Shown here: in pieces, positions 29,243 through 39,539 of the stretch
How positions within the stretch are numbered: the first letter of the stretch is position 1
How the letters are laid out: the number at the start of each line of letters is the position of its first letter
NCBI GenBank assembly: GCA_050950765.1
Contig: JBMNIF010000001.1
Location: 179,619 to 243,618, forward strand
DNA from: Bdellovibrionota bacterium
Lineage (GTDB): Bacteria > Bdellovibrionota_C > UBA2361 > JAAYZI01
Reading direction: 5' to 3'
Length of the DNA stretch: 64,000 bases
Made by a program: the position numbers and the translations under genes
Notes under the pieces: model-generated
What the model was told of the DNA's origin: nothing
Seen by the model: only the letters and a program-made list of their open reading frames with translations
Database searches by the model: none

Positions 29243-30436
29243 ATGAGTAGATATGGGATGGTTTGTTGTGATCCGGAAAAACAGCAACAAGGAAAAACGC
29301 GGTTGTGTATCTTAGGGTCTACCGGCTCTATCGGGCAAAGCGCTTTGCAAATTGTGCGTGATAATCGTGATCGCTTTGAAGTGGTAGCGCTAGCAGCTGG
29401 CTCTAATGTAGAGGAGCTTAAGAAACAGATTCTAGAGTTTCATCCGAAAGTAGCGGCGTTACACGATGAAAAAGCTTTTTTAAAACTTGAAAAGGTTTTG
29501 CCAACCTCTGCTTGTAATGAACTCTCTTGTGGAGCAAAAAGTATTGCAGAGATAACAACACGACAAGATGTTGATGTAGTATTGGCTGCCATAGTAGGTT
29601 TTGCTGGGCTACGCTCCGTTGTTGCAGCGTTAAGTGCTGATAAGATAGTGGCGTTGGCAAATAAGGAAAGCCTTGTGTGTGGTGGGGCGATAATAAAAAA
29701 ATTATTGGCAGAAGGGCACGGAAAAATTATCCCTGTCGATAGCGAACACTCTGCTATCTTTCAAGCTCTGCAAGGACAAAGCCCTGATGGTTTGAAGAGC
29801 TTGATTTTAACGGCTTCAGGGGGTCCTTTTTTTAAAACTCCCATAGAGGAGTTTTCGACTATTACAGTAGAACAAGCTTTGAAACATCCACGTTGGAAGA
29901 TGGGACCAAAGGTTACAATAGACTCAGCTACTATGATGAATAAGGCTTTAGAGGTCATAGAGGCGTATTGGTTGTTTGGAGTTTCTGAAGAACAAATTTC
30001 TGTGCTTGTACATCCGCAAAGTATCGTGCATTCTTTAGTTGAATTTGTTGATGGTAGTCAGCTGGCACAATTATCACACCCTGATATGAAGGGACCGATC
30101 GCTTATGCTTTACGTTATCCGGAAAGAATGCCGCAAGTGATGTTGCCACTAGATCTAGCAAAAATAGGGAAATTGGATTTCTTTCCGTTAGATGATAAAA
30201 AATTCCCAGCTGTTAAGCTTGCGAAGGAAGCTATTAAAAAAGGAGGCGCAGCAACAGCAGTTTTTAATATCGCTAATGAAGTTGCTGTAAAATCATTTTT
30301 AAATGAAAAGGTCGGATTTGATAAAATTGTTCCTTTCGTCGAAGATGCCTTGAATAATTTTGGAGATAAAACATATTCATCTTTGGAAGAGTTGGAGATG
30401 ATTGATCGCGAGGTGCGAAAAATATTGTTAGGATAG
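29243..30436 (+). CDS. dxr: 1-deoxy-D-xylulose-5-phosphate reductoisomerase
   Basis: ILGSTGSIG, ALANKESLV, PVDSEHSA, LTASGGPF, TIDSATMMNK. Confidence 0.97.
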   Translation: MSRYGMVCCDPEKQQQGKTRLCILGSTGSIGQSALQIVRDNRDRFEVVALAAGSNVEELKKQILEFHPKVAALHDEKAFLKLEKVLPTSACNELSCGAKSIAEITTRQDVDVVLAAIVGFAGLRSVVAALSADKIVALANKESLVCGGAIIKKLLAEGHGKIIPVDSEHSAIFQALQGQSPDGLKSLILTASGGPFFKTPIEEFSTITVEQALKHPRWKMGPKVTIDSATMMNKALEVIEAYWLFGVSEEQISVLVHPQSIVHSLVEFVDGSQLAQLSHPDMKGPIAYALRYPERMPQVMLPLDLAKIGKLDFFPLDDKKFPAVKLAKEAIKKGGAATAVFNIANEVAVKSFLNEKVGFDKIVPFVEDALNNFGDKTYSSLEELEMIDREVRKILLG

Positions 30437-30445
30437 ACGGAGTTT

Positions 30446-31681
30446 ATGGTTATGGATTGGTTAATTAGTGTTTTAACAACTACCTGCATCGGTCTTATCG
30501 TGCTGGGAGTGTTAGTTATAGTGCATGAGGGTGGGCACTTCCTAGTTGCGAAATTGTGTGGCGTGGGGGTGCTTGAATTCTCCATCGGTTTTGGGAAAAA
30601 GATCTGGCAAAAGCGCATTAACGGCACCCGTTATGCTGTGGGGATAATGCCCCTCGGCGGTTACGTTAGGATGGTCGGAGATGATCCCTATCAGGTTTAC
30701 GGCGAAGAGAAACAAGATCAAGACAAAGATAAAAATCCTGACAATATTCTTCAGCCTATTGATGATACCGAAGATGAAGATGTAAAAAAGATGTTAGCTG
30801 ATAAAAGCCGCTGGTTTTTGGAACGTGGATTTTTTTCAAAGTTTGCTATTGTCTTAGCGGGTCCAGCTTTTAATATTATCTTTGCGGTACTACTCTCCAT
30901 CGTTGCTTTATGTATTTACGGCGTTCACAGACCTGTACACGATCCGATAATCGGTAGCATCTTTGAAAAAATGGATTTTCCAGCAGAAAAAGCGGGACTT
31001 AAAGCCGGAGATAAAGTTCTTTCAATAAACGGTAAGGCTATGGCGACATGGGGTGATATCGTCACTACCGTGCGTAACTCTGATGGTTCTGAGATGACGT
31101 TCGTTATTGAAAGAAAGGTTGATGATGCTTTGCAAGAGTTGAGTATCGTCGTGACACCTATTCCGGAAAGCCCAGAAATGGCGATTATGAGTGATAATGA
31201 CAAAGGATCTAAAACTAAACAGGAATACATTATTGGAATCGGTGCTCCACTTGGAGAATCTGAGTCGATTACATTTGCAAAAGCTGTGGTTCTTGGATCG
31301 CGCTATGTTTTTGATCTGTCGATTTATACCTTAAAAAGTTTAAAACTATTGGTCACGGGAGAGGTCTCGGCAAAACATTTAGGGGGACCTATTGCGATAG
31401 TTCAAGCGGCAGGAAGTTCCGCTGAAAAAGGAGGAGCGCCTCTTTTTAAATTCGTGGTATTTTTAAGTGTCAGTTTAGCGATCTTAAATCTTTTACCGAT
31501 TCCAATTTTGGATGGTGGGCATCTGATGTTCTTCATCGTCGGTGCTATCAAGGGGCTTTTTACCGGAAAATCTTCTCTTGATATAAAAACTCAAGAGTTT
31601 GCCAATAGGCTTGGGTTGGCATTTCTGATGGCGTTGATGCTTTTTGCTATTGGAAATGATATTTTTAGGTTGTTTAATTAA
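30446..31681 (+). CDS. rseP: RseP/site-2 intramembrane zinc protease with PDZ domain
   Basis: HEGGH, AGPAFN, PDZ, NLLPIPILDGG. Confidence 0.95.
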   Translation: MVMDWLISVLTTTCIGLIVLGVLVIVHEGGHFLVAKLCGVGVLEFSIGFGKKIWQKRINGTRYAVGIMPLGGYVRMVGDDPYQVYGEEKQDQDKDKNPDNILQPIDDTEDEDVKKMLADKSRWFLERGFFSKFAIVLAGPAFNIIFAVLLSIVALCIYGVHRPVHDPIIGSIFEKMDFPAEKAGLKAGDKVLSINGKAMATWGDIVTTVRNSDGSEMTFVIERKVDDALQELSIVVTPIPESPEMAIMSDNDKGSKTKQEYIIGIGAPLGESESITFAKAVVLGSRYVFDLSIYTLKSLKLLVTGEVSAKHLGGPIAIVQAAGSSAEKGGAPLFKFVVFLSVSLAILNLLPIPILDGGHLMFFIVGAIKGLFTGKSSLDIKTQEFANRLGLAFLMALMLFAIGNDIFRLFN

Positions 31682-31719
31682 AGTTTTTTCGCAGAAACTC
31701 TCTTTGTTAATAAGATTAA

Positions 31720-32406
31720 ATGCAAAGTATTTTAGCAATTGATACTAGTACTGAAATTACATTTGTAGCCGTTGCTTCGAGAGATGGTAGATCTGCTGCT
31801 AGATCTTCTGAAGTAGGACAGCACGATGATAAGTTAGCAGAGATGGTGCAAGCGGTTTTGCAAGATGCAAAAATTAATGCAGAAGAGTTAGATCTGATAG
31901 GTGTTGGAGCAGGTCCTGGTTCTTTTACAGGGCTTAGGATTGGGCTTAGTTTTGCTTCAGGTTTTGCACAAGGACTGGAAAAGCCGTTGTATACTATGGT
32001 GTCTTTAAAAGCTTATGCTGAAGAGTTTAAAGCACAAGCTAAAGTTGTTATTACCCTTTGTGATGCAAGGCGGCAGGAGATGTTCTTTGCTTCTTATAGG
32101 AGCGTTGATTTAGAGGAGTTGTCTACACCACAGATAGTTAACGCAGAAGAGTTGCAACACTACTTACTTTCTTTAGAAAAAACGGGTGTTTCTAAAGAAG
32201 ATATTTTAATTGTATCCATGGGGGAGGTTAGTCTTCCGCAAGGGTATCGAACAGAAAAACCTAAAAAAATAGCTGCTGCTATAATAAGTCTTATTCAAAA
32301 TGGAGAGCCTCCCTTTAATCGGGATGGTGCGGCTGCTCTGCTCTATATTAGAAAAGTTGCAGCAAAAACAATTGCAGAAAGACTTCTTAAAGTAGAAAAT
32401 AGTTAA
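31720..32406 (+). CDS. tsaB: tRNA t6A biosynthesis protein TsaB
   Basis: ILAIDTST, GPGSFTGLRIG, DARRQEMF. Confidence 0.92.
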   Translation: MQSILAIDTSTEITFVAVASRDGRSAARSSEVGQHDDKLAEMVQAVLQDAKINAEELDLIGVGAGPGSFTGLRIGLSFASGFAQGLEKPLYTMVSLKAYAEEFKAQAKVVITLCDARRQEMFFASYRSVDLEELSTPQIVNAEELQHYLLSLEKTGVSKEDILIVSMGEVSLPQGYRTEKPKKIAAAIISLIQNGEPPFNRDGAAALLYIRKVAAKTIAERLLKVENS

Positions 32407-32482
32407 AGTATTTACTGTTGTTAGAAGAGCTCTAAAAGCTCTTTATTGTGCAAGAGAAATTAAAATAAGCGAAGTCAATGTA

Positions 32483-32511
32483 TTGACGAAGAGGAAAAAC
32501 GTGGGTAAAAT
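32483..32511 (+). promoter_or_regulatory. Putative sigma70 promoter of rho
   Basis: TTGACG-17 bp-TAAAAT, about 250 nt upstream of the rho start. Confidence 0.6.
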
Positions 32512-32764
32512 TATTAATTGTAGGTGGTTATCACCACTTTTCTAAGATTCCTCTTTATATAGTAAATATATATTAACTAAATATTTATTAAATATTTTAT
32601 CCTTGATTCTTTGAGCGACTCTTTTTGTTAAAGAATAACATTTTTGATGCCGTTCAATTTTAATAAAAAAAGCGATGGGAGCTTGATAAACTTTGTAAAT
32701 TTATTGTGTTTCCTTTCCGAAAGGAAAACAGTGGTCGCGCTTATCTAAAACATCTCTAAGAGAA

Positions 32765-34024
32765 ATGGTTATGAACTTAAATGAATTAAAAGCTAAAACT
32801 TCTGAAGAATTAGTGATGCTCGCTTCTGATTTTAAAATTGAGGGAGCTAATACAATGCGGAGACAGGATCTGATCTTTAGCATCTTAACAGCCCAGTCTG
32901 ATTCCAATGGCGGGATTTACGCGCAGGGCGTTCTGGAGTGTTTGCCTGACGGCTTCGGCTTCTTAAGAGCTCCTGAATATAATTATTTGCCTGGATCCGA
33001 TGATATTTATGTTTCTCCGGCGCAGATTAGACGCTTCGGATTGAAAACAGGTGATAGCATTGAAGGTCAAATTCGTCCTCCACGACAGAAAGAAGGGGAG
33101 CGTTATTTTGCTTTATTAAAGGTGCAAACCGTTAATCAGGATCCCGTTGAAGTCTTAAGACATAAAGTACACTTTGATAATTTAACACCGATTTATCCGC
33201 AGGAAAAATTAAACCTTGAGAGGAAAAATGGGGAACTTTCAACACGTATCGTCGATCTCTTCGCTCCGATAGGAAAGGGGCAACGCGCTTTAATCGTGGC
33301 ACAACCTAAAACAGGTAAGACTATTCTTTTACAACAGTTGGCTAATGCCATTACGGAGAATAATCCTGAAGTTATGTTGATAGTGCTTTTGATTGATGAA
33401 AGACCTGAAGAGGTAACGGATATGCAGAGATCTGTTAAAGGTGAAGTTATTAGTTCAACCTTTGATGAACCAGCACAGCGGCACGTGCAGGTAGCTGAAA
33501 TGGTCATTGAAAAAGCAAAACGTTTTGTTGAACACGGACGTGATGTAGTGATTCTGTTAGATTCAATCACGCGTCTTGCTAGAGCGTATAATACGGTTGT
33601 GCCGCCGAGTGGTAAGATCCTTTCCGGTGGTGTTGATTCAAATGCTTTGCATAAACCGAAACGATTTTTTGGAGCTGCCAGAAATATTGAAAACGGTGGG
33701 AGCTTAACAATTATCGGCACAGCGCTGATTGATACCGGTTCAAGGATGGATGAAGTTATCTTTGAAGAGTTTAAAGGAACCGGTAATATGGAGTTGGCGC
33801 TTGATCGTAAATTGACAGAGCGTCGTATCTTCCCCTCTATTGATCTGAATCATTCTTCAACGAGGAGAGAGGAGCTTTTGATTGATAATGATACGTTGCA
33901 AAAGATCTGGCTACTCAGAAAGGTTTTGCAGCCACTTACTCCTGTTGATGCGATGGAGTGGTTGTTGAGTAAAATGGAAGGTACTAAAACCAATAAAGAG
34001 TTCTTTGATATGATGAAAGGTTAA
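32765..34024 (+). CDS. rho: Transcription termination factor Rho
   Basis: [48 protein letters not shown]. Confidence 0.98.
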   Translation: MVMNLNELKAKTSEELVMLASDFKIEGANTMRRQDLIFSILTAQSDSNGGIYAQGVLECLPDGFGFLRAPEYNYLPGSDDIYVSPAQIRRFGLKTGDSIEGQIRPPRQKEGERYFALLKVQTVNQDPVEVLRHKVHFDNLTPIYPQEKLNLERKNGELSTRIVDLFAPIGKGQRALIVAQPKTGKTILLQQLANAITENNPEVMLIVLLIDERPEEVTDMQRSVKGEVISSTFDEPAQRHVQVAEMVIEKAKRFVEHGRDVVILLDSITRLARAYNTVVPPSGKILSGGVDSNALHKPKRFFGAARNIENGGSLTIIGTALIDTGSRMDEVIFEEFKGTGNMELALDRKLTERRIFPSIDLNHSSTRREELLIDNDTLQKIWLLRKVLQPLTPVDAMEWLLSKMEGTKTNKEFFDMMKG

Positions 34025-34041
34025 AACTTGAGATCTTAGTT

Positions 34042-35436
34042 ATGTCTAAAAAACCGTTAATACTTGCCGCCGATGATAATGAGGATGCTCTTTTTGCTTT
34101 AAAAGAGATTTTAGATGTCGCGGGGTTTGATGTGCAGACTGCGATTAACGGCAAGGAGGCGGTTGAAAAAGCAAAACAGTTTAATCCCGATCTGATTTTA
34201 CTTGATTTAGTAATGCCGAAGATGAACGGGTATGAAGCTACGCAGGTGCTAAAAGCAGATCCTGAGTTGCGTTATACTCCGGTAGTGTTGGTAACTTCAA
34301 AAGATAACCTTGAAGATATCGTGATGGGATTAAATTATGGTGCGGATGATTATATCAAAAAGCCGTTCCGTAAGGAGGAGTTATTGGCACGCATTAATGC
34401 GGCGATGCGCATGCGTGCTTTGTATCAAGACTTGCAGCAGAGTCATGCTGATAATCGACGTTTGCGTTTAGAATTAAAAGAGGGCGCAGAGTTTGAGGGC
34501 ATTATTGGAAGCAGCGCCTCAATGCGGGAGATCTATGCTTTGATCGATAAGATTAAAGAGTCGGATGTTTCGGTATTAATTACGGGAGAGTCAGGTACTG
34601 GGAAAGAGTTGATAGCGCGAGCTATTCATACTACGGGACAGAGAAAGAACAGAGCTTTTGTAGCGCAAAACTGTTCTGCTTTTAATGATAATCTACTTGA
34701 ATCAGAGCTCTTCGGACATGTGAAGGGTGCTTTTACGGGGGCGACACGCGACAAACAGGGGCTTTTTGAAGTTGCAGATGGTGGAAGCTTTTTTCTTGAT
34801 GAGTTGGGAGAGATGAGCCCTGCTTTACAGGTGAAGCTGTTGAGAGTTTTGCAAGATGGTACCTTTATCCCTGTTGGTGCGACAGCTGCAAAAAAAGTAG
34901 ATGTTAGAGTTATCGCTGCAACGAATAGAGATCTGCGAGAGATGGTTAAAAAAGGACTCTTTAGAGAGGATCTCTTTTACCGTTTGAATGTTGTTAATAT
35001 AGCGTTGCCGCCTTTAAGAGAGAGGCGAGTCGATATCCCGCTTTTAGCACAATTCTTTTTGCAGCAGATCGCTGCTAAAAACGGTACAAAATGTAAAGTT
35101 CTTTCAGAGGAATCTCTGCGAGTTCTTTCTGATTATGATTGGCCGGGTAATGTCAGGGAGCTGCAAAACGAATTGGAGCGTGCCGTTATTATGAGTGGAC
35201 ACGTTGAGGAGATCTCCTTAGTTGATATCTCAAAGCATTTACAAAAAACAGATTCTTCAGATGAAACGAGAGGAAAACGGTTGGATGGTAAATTAAAGGA
35301 TGCTATTGAGAATCTTGAAAAGAATATGATTGCAGCAGCCTTAGATCGGCATAATGGTAATAAAAGTGAAGCTGCTAAAGATTTAGGGTTGTCTCGATCA
35401 ACTTTAATCTCTAAGGTCGCCAATTATCAATTGTAG
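34042..35436 (+). CDS. Sigma54-dependent response regulator (REC-AAA+-HTH, NtrC family)
   Basis: REC (ADDN, LLDLVMP), GESGTGKE, ESELFGHVKGAFTGA, WPGNVRELQN, Fis-type HTH. Confidence 0.93.
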   Translation: MSKKPLILAADDNEDALFALKEILDVAGFDVQTAINGKEAVEKAKQFNPDLILLDLVMPKMNGYEATQVLKADPELRYTPVVLVTSKDNLEDIVMGLNYGADDYIKKPFRKEELLARINAAMRMRALYQDLQQSHADNRRLRLELKEGAEFEGIIGSSASMREIYALIDKIKESDVSVLITGESGTGKELIARAIHTTGQRKNRAFVAQNCSAFNDNLLESELFGHVKGAFTGATRDKQGLFEVADGGSFFLDELGEMSPALQVKLLRVLQDGTFIPVGATAAKKVDVRVIAATNRDLREMVKKGLFREDLFYRLNVVNIALPPLRERRVDIPLLAQFFLQQIAAKNGTKCKVLSEESLRVLSDYDWPGNVRELQNELERAVIMSGHVEEISLVDISKHLQKTDSSDETRGKRLDGKLKDAIENLEKNMIAAALDRHNGNKSEAAKDLGLSRSTLISKVANYQL

Positions 35437-35473
35437 TCATACATAACCTAGTGAGATATTTTAGGAGGTTCTT

Positions 35474-36721
35474 GTGAGTAGTGTAAGGGAGGCGGCGATT
35501 GCAGCAAAAAAAGTTTCTGGAGACTTAGCAGCATTCTCCACAGAGAAAAAAAATCGCATACTGTTAAAAATCGCAGATTATTTAAGAGATAATAAACCGT
35601 ATATTCTTAGTGCTAATGCAGAAGATATTCATCTTGGTGAGAAAAACGGATTAAATCAAACTTTAATTGATCGCTTAAGCCTTACTGAAGAACGTATTGA
35701 AGATATCGCTAAAGGAGTTGAGCAGGTCGCCTCTCTTCCAGATCCGATCGGTGTAGTGCTCTCAGAGTGGGATACTGCAGCGGGGTTACATATTCAAAAG
35801 GTGCGGGTGCCTTTCGGGGTTTTAGGAATAATCTATGAAGCGCGTCCAAATGTTACGATTGATGCTGCTGTGCTAAGCATAAAAAGCGGAAATGTTGCTT
35901 TGTTGCGAGGAAGTTCTTCTGCGCTTAATTCAAATCGTGCTTTAACAAAAATTGTGCAGGATGCTTTAGAAGTTGAAGGGGTAGCACGTGAAAGTGTACA
36001 ACTACTTGATGCTGCTGGGTACGAAGCTACACAAGAGATGATGCAGCTTAGAGGGTTAATAGATGTTTTAATTCCAAGAGGCGGAGCTTCTTTAATTAAA
36101 TCGGTTGTAGAGATGGCTGCTGTTCCTGTGATTGAAACTGGTGCTGGAAATTGCCATGTTTATATTCATAAAGATGGTGATGTAGAGATGGCTAAGAAGA
36201 TAGTGCTTAATGCAAAAATACAACGCCCCTCTGTTTGTAATGCTCTCGAAACTTTATTGGTTCATCAAGAATGGGCTAAAAAATATTTAAAAGATATAGT
36301 TGAGGCGTTACAAGAAAAAAGGGTGGAGTGTAGAGGGTGTGAAGAGGCTTGTCAGATCGTGAAGTCTTTAAAAGCAGCTACTACTCAAGATTGGGAGACG
36401 GAGTTCCTTGATTATATTCTTGCAATAAAAATAGTTGATTCTGAAGAGGCAGCTATCGAGCATATCAACCATTATGGCACGAAGCATTCAGAAGCAATTA
36501 TTACCCAATCTGAAGAAGTAGCAGAAAAGTTTATGCAGTACGTTGATGCGGCAGCTGTTTATCAAAATGCTTCAACACGCTTTACAGACGGATTCGTTTT
36601 CGGATTTGGCGCAGAGATAGGGATTAGTACGCAAAAATTGCACGCTAGAGGTCCTATGGGTTTGTGCGAAATGACATCATATAAATATAAAATCTTTGGA
36701 AAAGGAGAGGTTCGATCTTAA
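35474..36721 (+). CDS. proA: Gamma-glutamyl phosphate reductase
   Basis: IIYEARPNVT, SVCNALETLLVH, GFGAEIGISTQKLHARGPMGL. Confidence 0.96.
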   Translation: MSSVREAAIAAKKVSGDLAAFSTEKKNRILLKIADYLRDNKPYILSANAEDIHLGEKNGLNQTLIDRLSLTEERIEDIAKGVEQVASLPDPIGVVLSEWDTAAGLHIQKVRVPFGVLGIIYEARPNVTIDAAVLSIKSGNVALLRGSSSALNSNRALTKIVQDALEVEGVARESVQLLDAAGYEATQEMMQLRGLIDVLIPRGGASLIKSVVEMAAVPVIETGAGNCHVYIHKDGDVEMAKKIVLNAKIQRPSVCNALETLLVHQEWAKKYLKDIVEALQEKRVECRGCEEACQIVKSLKAATTQDWETEFLDYILAIKIVDSEEAAIEHINHYGTKHSEAIITQSEEVAEKFMQYVDAAAVYQNASTRFTDGFVFGFGAEIGISTQKLHARGPMGLCEMTSYKYKIFGKGEVRS

Positions 36722-36744
36722 GAGTCTCCTTAGTTTTCTTTCAC

Positions 36745-37505
36745 CTAACTTTTTACCTCCGTAGAGATCTAGCCGAACCGTTCTGCAAGTTGTAGCCCGT
36801 TCGGTCGTTACTGGTGGGTGGCACCAGATCCACTAAGCTATCGCTGCCAATTAGGACACCCGCTTTTAGCTAAAGGGTGGCACCAACGACAGCAGCTACA
36901 AAGAAGGGTGGCACCAAAACTGCCAGATTCTAGGCTTTTGTTAACGTCTTGATATTATTAGATGTTGTGATTTTGAAGTTTGGGTGTCCTATTTGCAAAG
37001 CGTCTGCGTCCCTGAAGGGTGGCACCAGATCCAAGCCAAACCAAAGCCCCATTAGCCAGCTACAAAGAAGGGTGGCACCAAATTTTTAAACAGCCCGTCC
37101 GGTCGTTATGGTGGGTGGTACCAGTGACAGCCAGCTACAAAGAAGGGTGGCACCAAATTTTTAACCTCCAGTTTTTTGACCCCCGTTCTATCGTCCCTCA
37201 AGGGTGGCAACCAGTGACAGCCCCGATAAAGAAGGGTGGCACCAAAACTCTGAAGGGTGGCACCAAAACTACCTGATTTTGGGTTTTTGTTAACGTCTTG
37301 ATATTATTAGATGTTGTGATTCTGAAGTTTGGGAGAAAACTCTAGTGGGTGGCACCAAATTTTTGACCTCCGTGAAGATCTAGCCGATCCCGTCTTGCAG
37401 TTACAGCCCGTCCGGTCGTTACTGGTGGGTGGCACCAGATCCTCCGTCAACATCTAGCCGATTCGGTTTTTAGTTGTAGCCCGTCTGATTGTTCTTAGAG
37501 GGTGG
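36745..37505 (+). repeat. Tandem core array (about 10 perfect plus 3 degenerate cores) between convergent proA and lptB
   Basis: Cores at 36816, 36875, 36906, 37017, 37070, 37145, 37234, 37255, 37347, 37427; degenerate at 37113, 37202, about 37500. Confidence 0.93.
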
Positions 37506-37566
37506 AGGGGTCGTTACTGAAGGGGTAGGGAGATCATCACCTGAAGGGGGCGGGGAAGTAGAAACT

Positions 37567-38292
37567 CTACATCTCAAAATTTTCCCCTAAATAATACCTT
37601 TGAGCCTCTTTACTGTTGGTTATGATATCGGAGTCCCCTTCTACAAGAATTTTACCATCAACTACAATATAGGCACGATCGCAGATCCCGAGAGTTTCAT
37701 GGACGTTGTGATCTGTAATAAGAACTCCGATCCCTTTGTCTTTTAACTGTCGCACGATCGATTGAATATCTGCAATCGCTATCGGATCAATTCCAGCAAA
37801 TGGTTCGTCTAAAAGAATAAAGTGCGGAGAACGTGCTAAGGCACGCGCAATCTCAACTCTACGTCGCTCACCACCTGAAAGAGAAGCTGCCATGTTATTC
37901 GCCAAGCTTGCGACACCCAGTTCATTTAAAAGTTCATTTAAACGGTTTTTACGCTCCTTTTCTGAGTTGAACTTTACGGTCTCAAGAATGGCCATAATGT
38001 TGTCTTTGACACTTAATTTTCTAAATACCGAAGCTTCTTGCGGTAAATATCCTATTCCTAAACGGGCACGTTCAAAAACAGGTTCTTTTGTAATGTCTTT
38101 TCCATCAATAAAGACCTTACCACTATTTGGGGTGATCAGCCCCACACACATATAGAAAGTCGTGGTTTTTCCAGCACCATTTGGGCCCAAAAGTCCGACG
38201 ATCTCACCAGCGTTAACGTTGATTGAGATATTGTTAACTACTTTACGACCACCGTAAATTTTTGAAATGTTTTCAGCTGAAAGTGTGTGCAT
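37567..38292 (-). CDS. lptB: LPS export ABC ATPase
   Basis: GPNGAGKTT, LPQEASVFRKL, LSGGERRRVEIARAL, DEPFAGIDP, ITDHNV. Confidence 0.96.
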   Translation of the reverse strand: MHTLSAENISKIYGGRKVVNNISINVNAGEIVGLLGPNGAGKTTTFYMCVGLITPNSGKVFIDGKDITKEPVFERARLGIGYLPQEASVFRKLSVKDNIMAILETVKFNSEKERKNRLNELLNELGVASLANNMAASLSGGERRRVEIARALARSPHFILLDEPFAGIDPIAIADIQSIVRQLKDKGIGVLITDHNVHETLGICDRAYIVVDGKILVEGDSDIITNSKEAQRYYLGENFEM

Positions 38293-38810
38293 TATTTTTT
38301 ATCCTTACTTCCCTGTTTTACCAGTTTAACTCTGACATTACCTGTTGCTTCACTCTTGTTAGTCTGTAAATGGATAACGATGGAGTCTGCACTTAAAACG
38401 CTACCATCTTGCAAGAGTTCCGGATTCTCTGTCAATGTTAATGATTCTGAACTTTGCTCATAGATCGTTTTCTGACAGGTGGCACGAATTGAAGTTCCTT
38501 TAACGATAGTAACATTTTTTTTAGCTATCATCTTTGTAATCTGATTATTTTCGTTGTAGTACCCCTCCAACTCATCACAGGTCATGTGAAGATCTCCATG
38601 TAAGACATCAACTGCACCCGAATAAATGAAGACACGTTCGTTCGCTTTGAGAATCAAAGAGGTCGATTTAATATAGGTTGGACTGTTACCCACATCGAAC
38701 TCCATCTGATCTTGTTTTGATAACGAATCTAGTGGTGATGATGTCTCTGCTAGAGCAGTTGTGGAGGTGATTAGGGTGATTATTAGTATAAGAATAAAGG
38801 GGGTCTTCAT
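38292..38810 (-). CDS. lptA: LptA/OstA periplasmic LPS transport protein
   Basis: Signal peptide, beta-jellyroll pattern (YSGAVDV, LTLTENP, ATGNVRV), position before lptB. Confidence 0.82.
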   Translation of the reverse strand: MKTPFILILIITLITSTTALAETSSPLDSLSKQDQMEFDVGNSPTYIKSTSLILKANERVFIYSGAVDVLHGDLHMTCDELEGYYNENNQITKMIAKKNVTIVKGTSIRATCQKTIYEQSSESLTLTENPELLQDGSVLSADSIVIHLQTNKSEATGNVRVKLVKQGSKDKK

Positions 38811-38823
38811 TTTTTTCTTTCTC

Positions 38824-39498
38824 CTATCTCTTTTTAGCTTTTTTTTGAAGTTCTGGTTTCTTATCCTCTTTCTTTAGAGCTTGCTTTAAATTTTGTTGAC
38901 CATATTGAAAGATCGTAGTTGAAACATCTTTTTCTAATAGGAATTCTTTTGTTCCGAGATTGGCACGTAACTTCTTCCCTTTAAGAATTAAGCCTGGTTT
39001 TTCAATGGTAATTTCTCCTGGGGTTGTCACTGTCTGATCATCACCAGCCATTCTAGCTCTGTTTGTCGTTAACTTAATATCATTTAGCGTAATTATGACG
39101 TTGTCGGAAAGTTTGACATCTTCAAGCTTAGCATCTTTGATCGTAATATTAGCTTTTTCTGAGGTGACAGTAATGACATCCCCATCTTTTTGATAAAACC
39201 ATAGTTGTGCTTCCAATAGTTGCGCCGTTTGCTCAGTAGGATTATAACGACCTTCTTTCGACATAACCTCCCATAATTTTTTGCCGTCCTTTGTTTCGCT
39301 GCGGTGAAACTTTCCCATAACTAACTCTATATCAGAATCAGGCATAGCGGAGGCTATCTTTTCTGAAAGAGTTTGCTCTGCGGGGGGAGGGGGAAGATTA
39401 TAGCTTTGGTTTGCTTTATGCAGGAAGCCCGCAACTAGGAAAAAGCAGATGATAACGCATCCCGACAGGATTAGACTTTGTTTGCGAGTTAGTCTCAT
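38824..39498 (-). CDS. lptC: LPS export protein LptC
   Basis: Single N-terminal TM, KKLWEV..., beta-rich domain, position in kdsA-lptCAB. Confidence 0.78.
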   Translation of the reverse strand: MRLTRKQSLILSGCVIICFFLVAGFLHKANQSYNLPPPPAEQTLSEKIASAMPDSDIELVMGKFHRSETKDGKKLWEVMSKEGRYNPTEQTAQLLEAQLWFYQKDGDVITVTSEKANITIKDAKLEDVKLSDNVIITLNDIKLTTNRARMAGDDQTVTTPGEITIEKPGLILKGKKLRANLGTKEFLLEKDVSTTIFQYGQQNLKQALKKEDKKPELQKKAKKR

Positions 39499-39539
39499 GA
39501 AGTAAAATTAACCTTAAAAATGTAGTATTCGTTTTCCTA

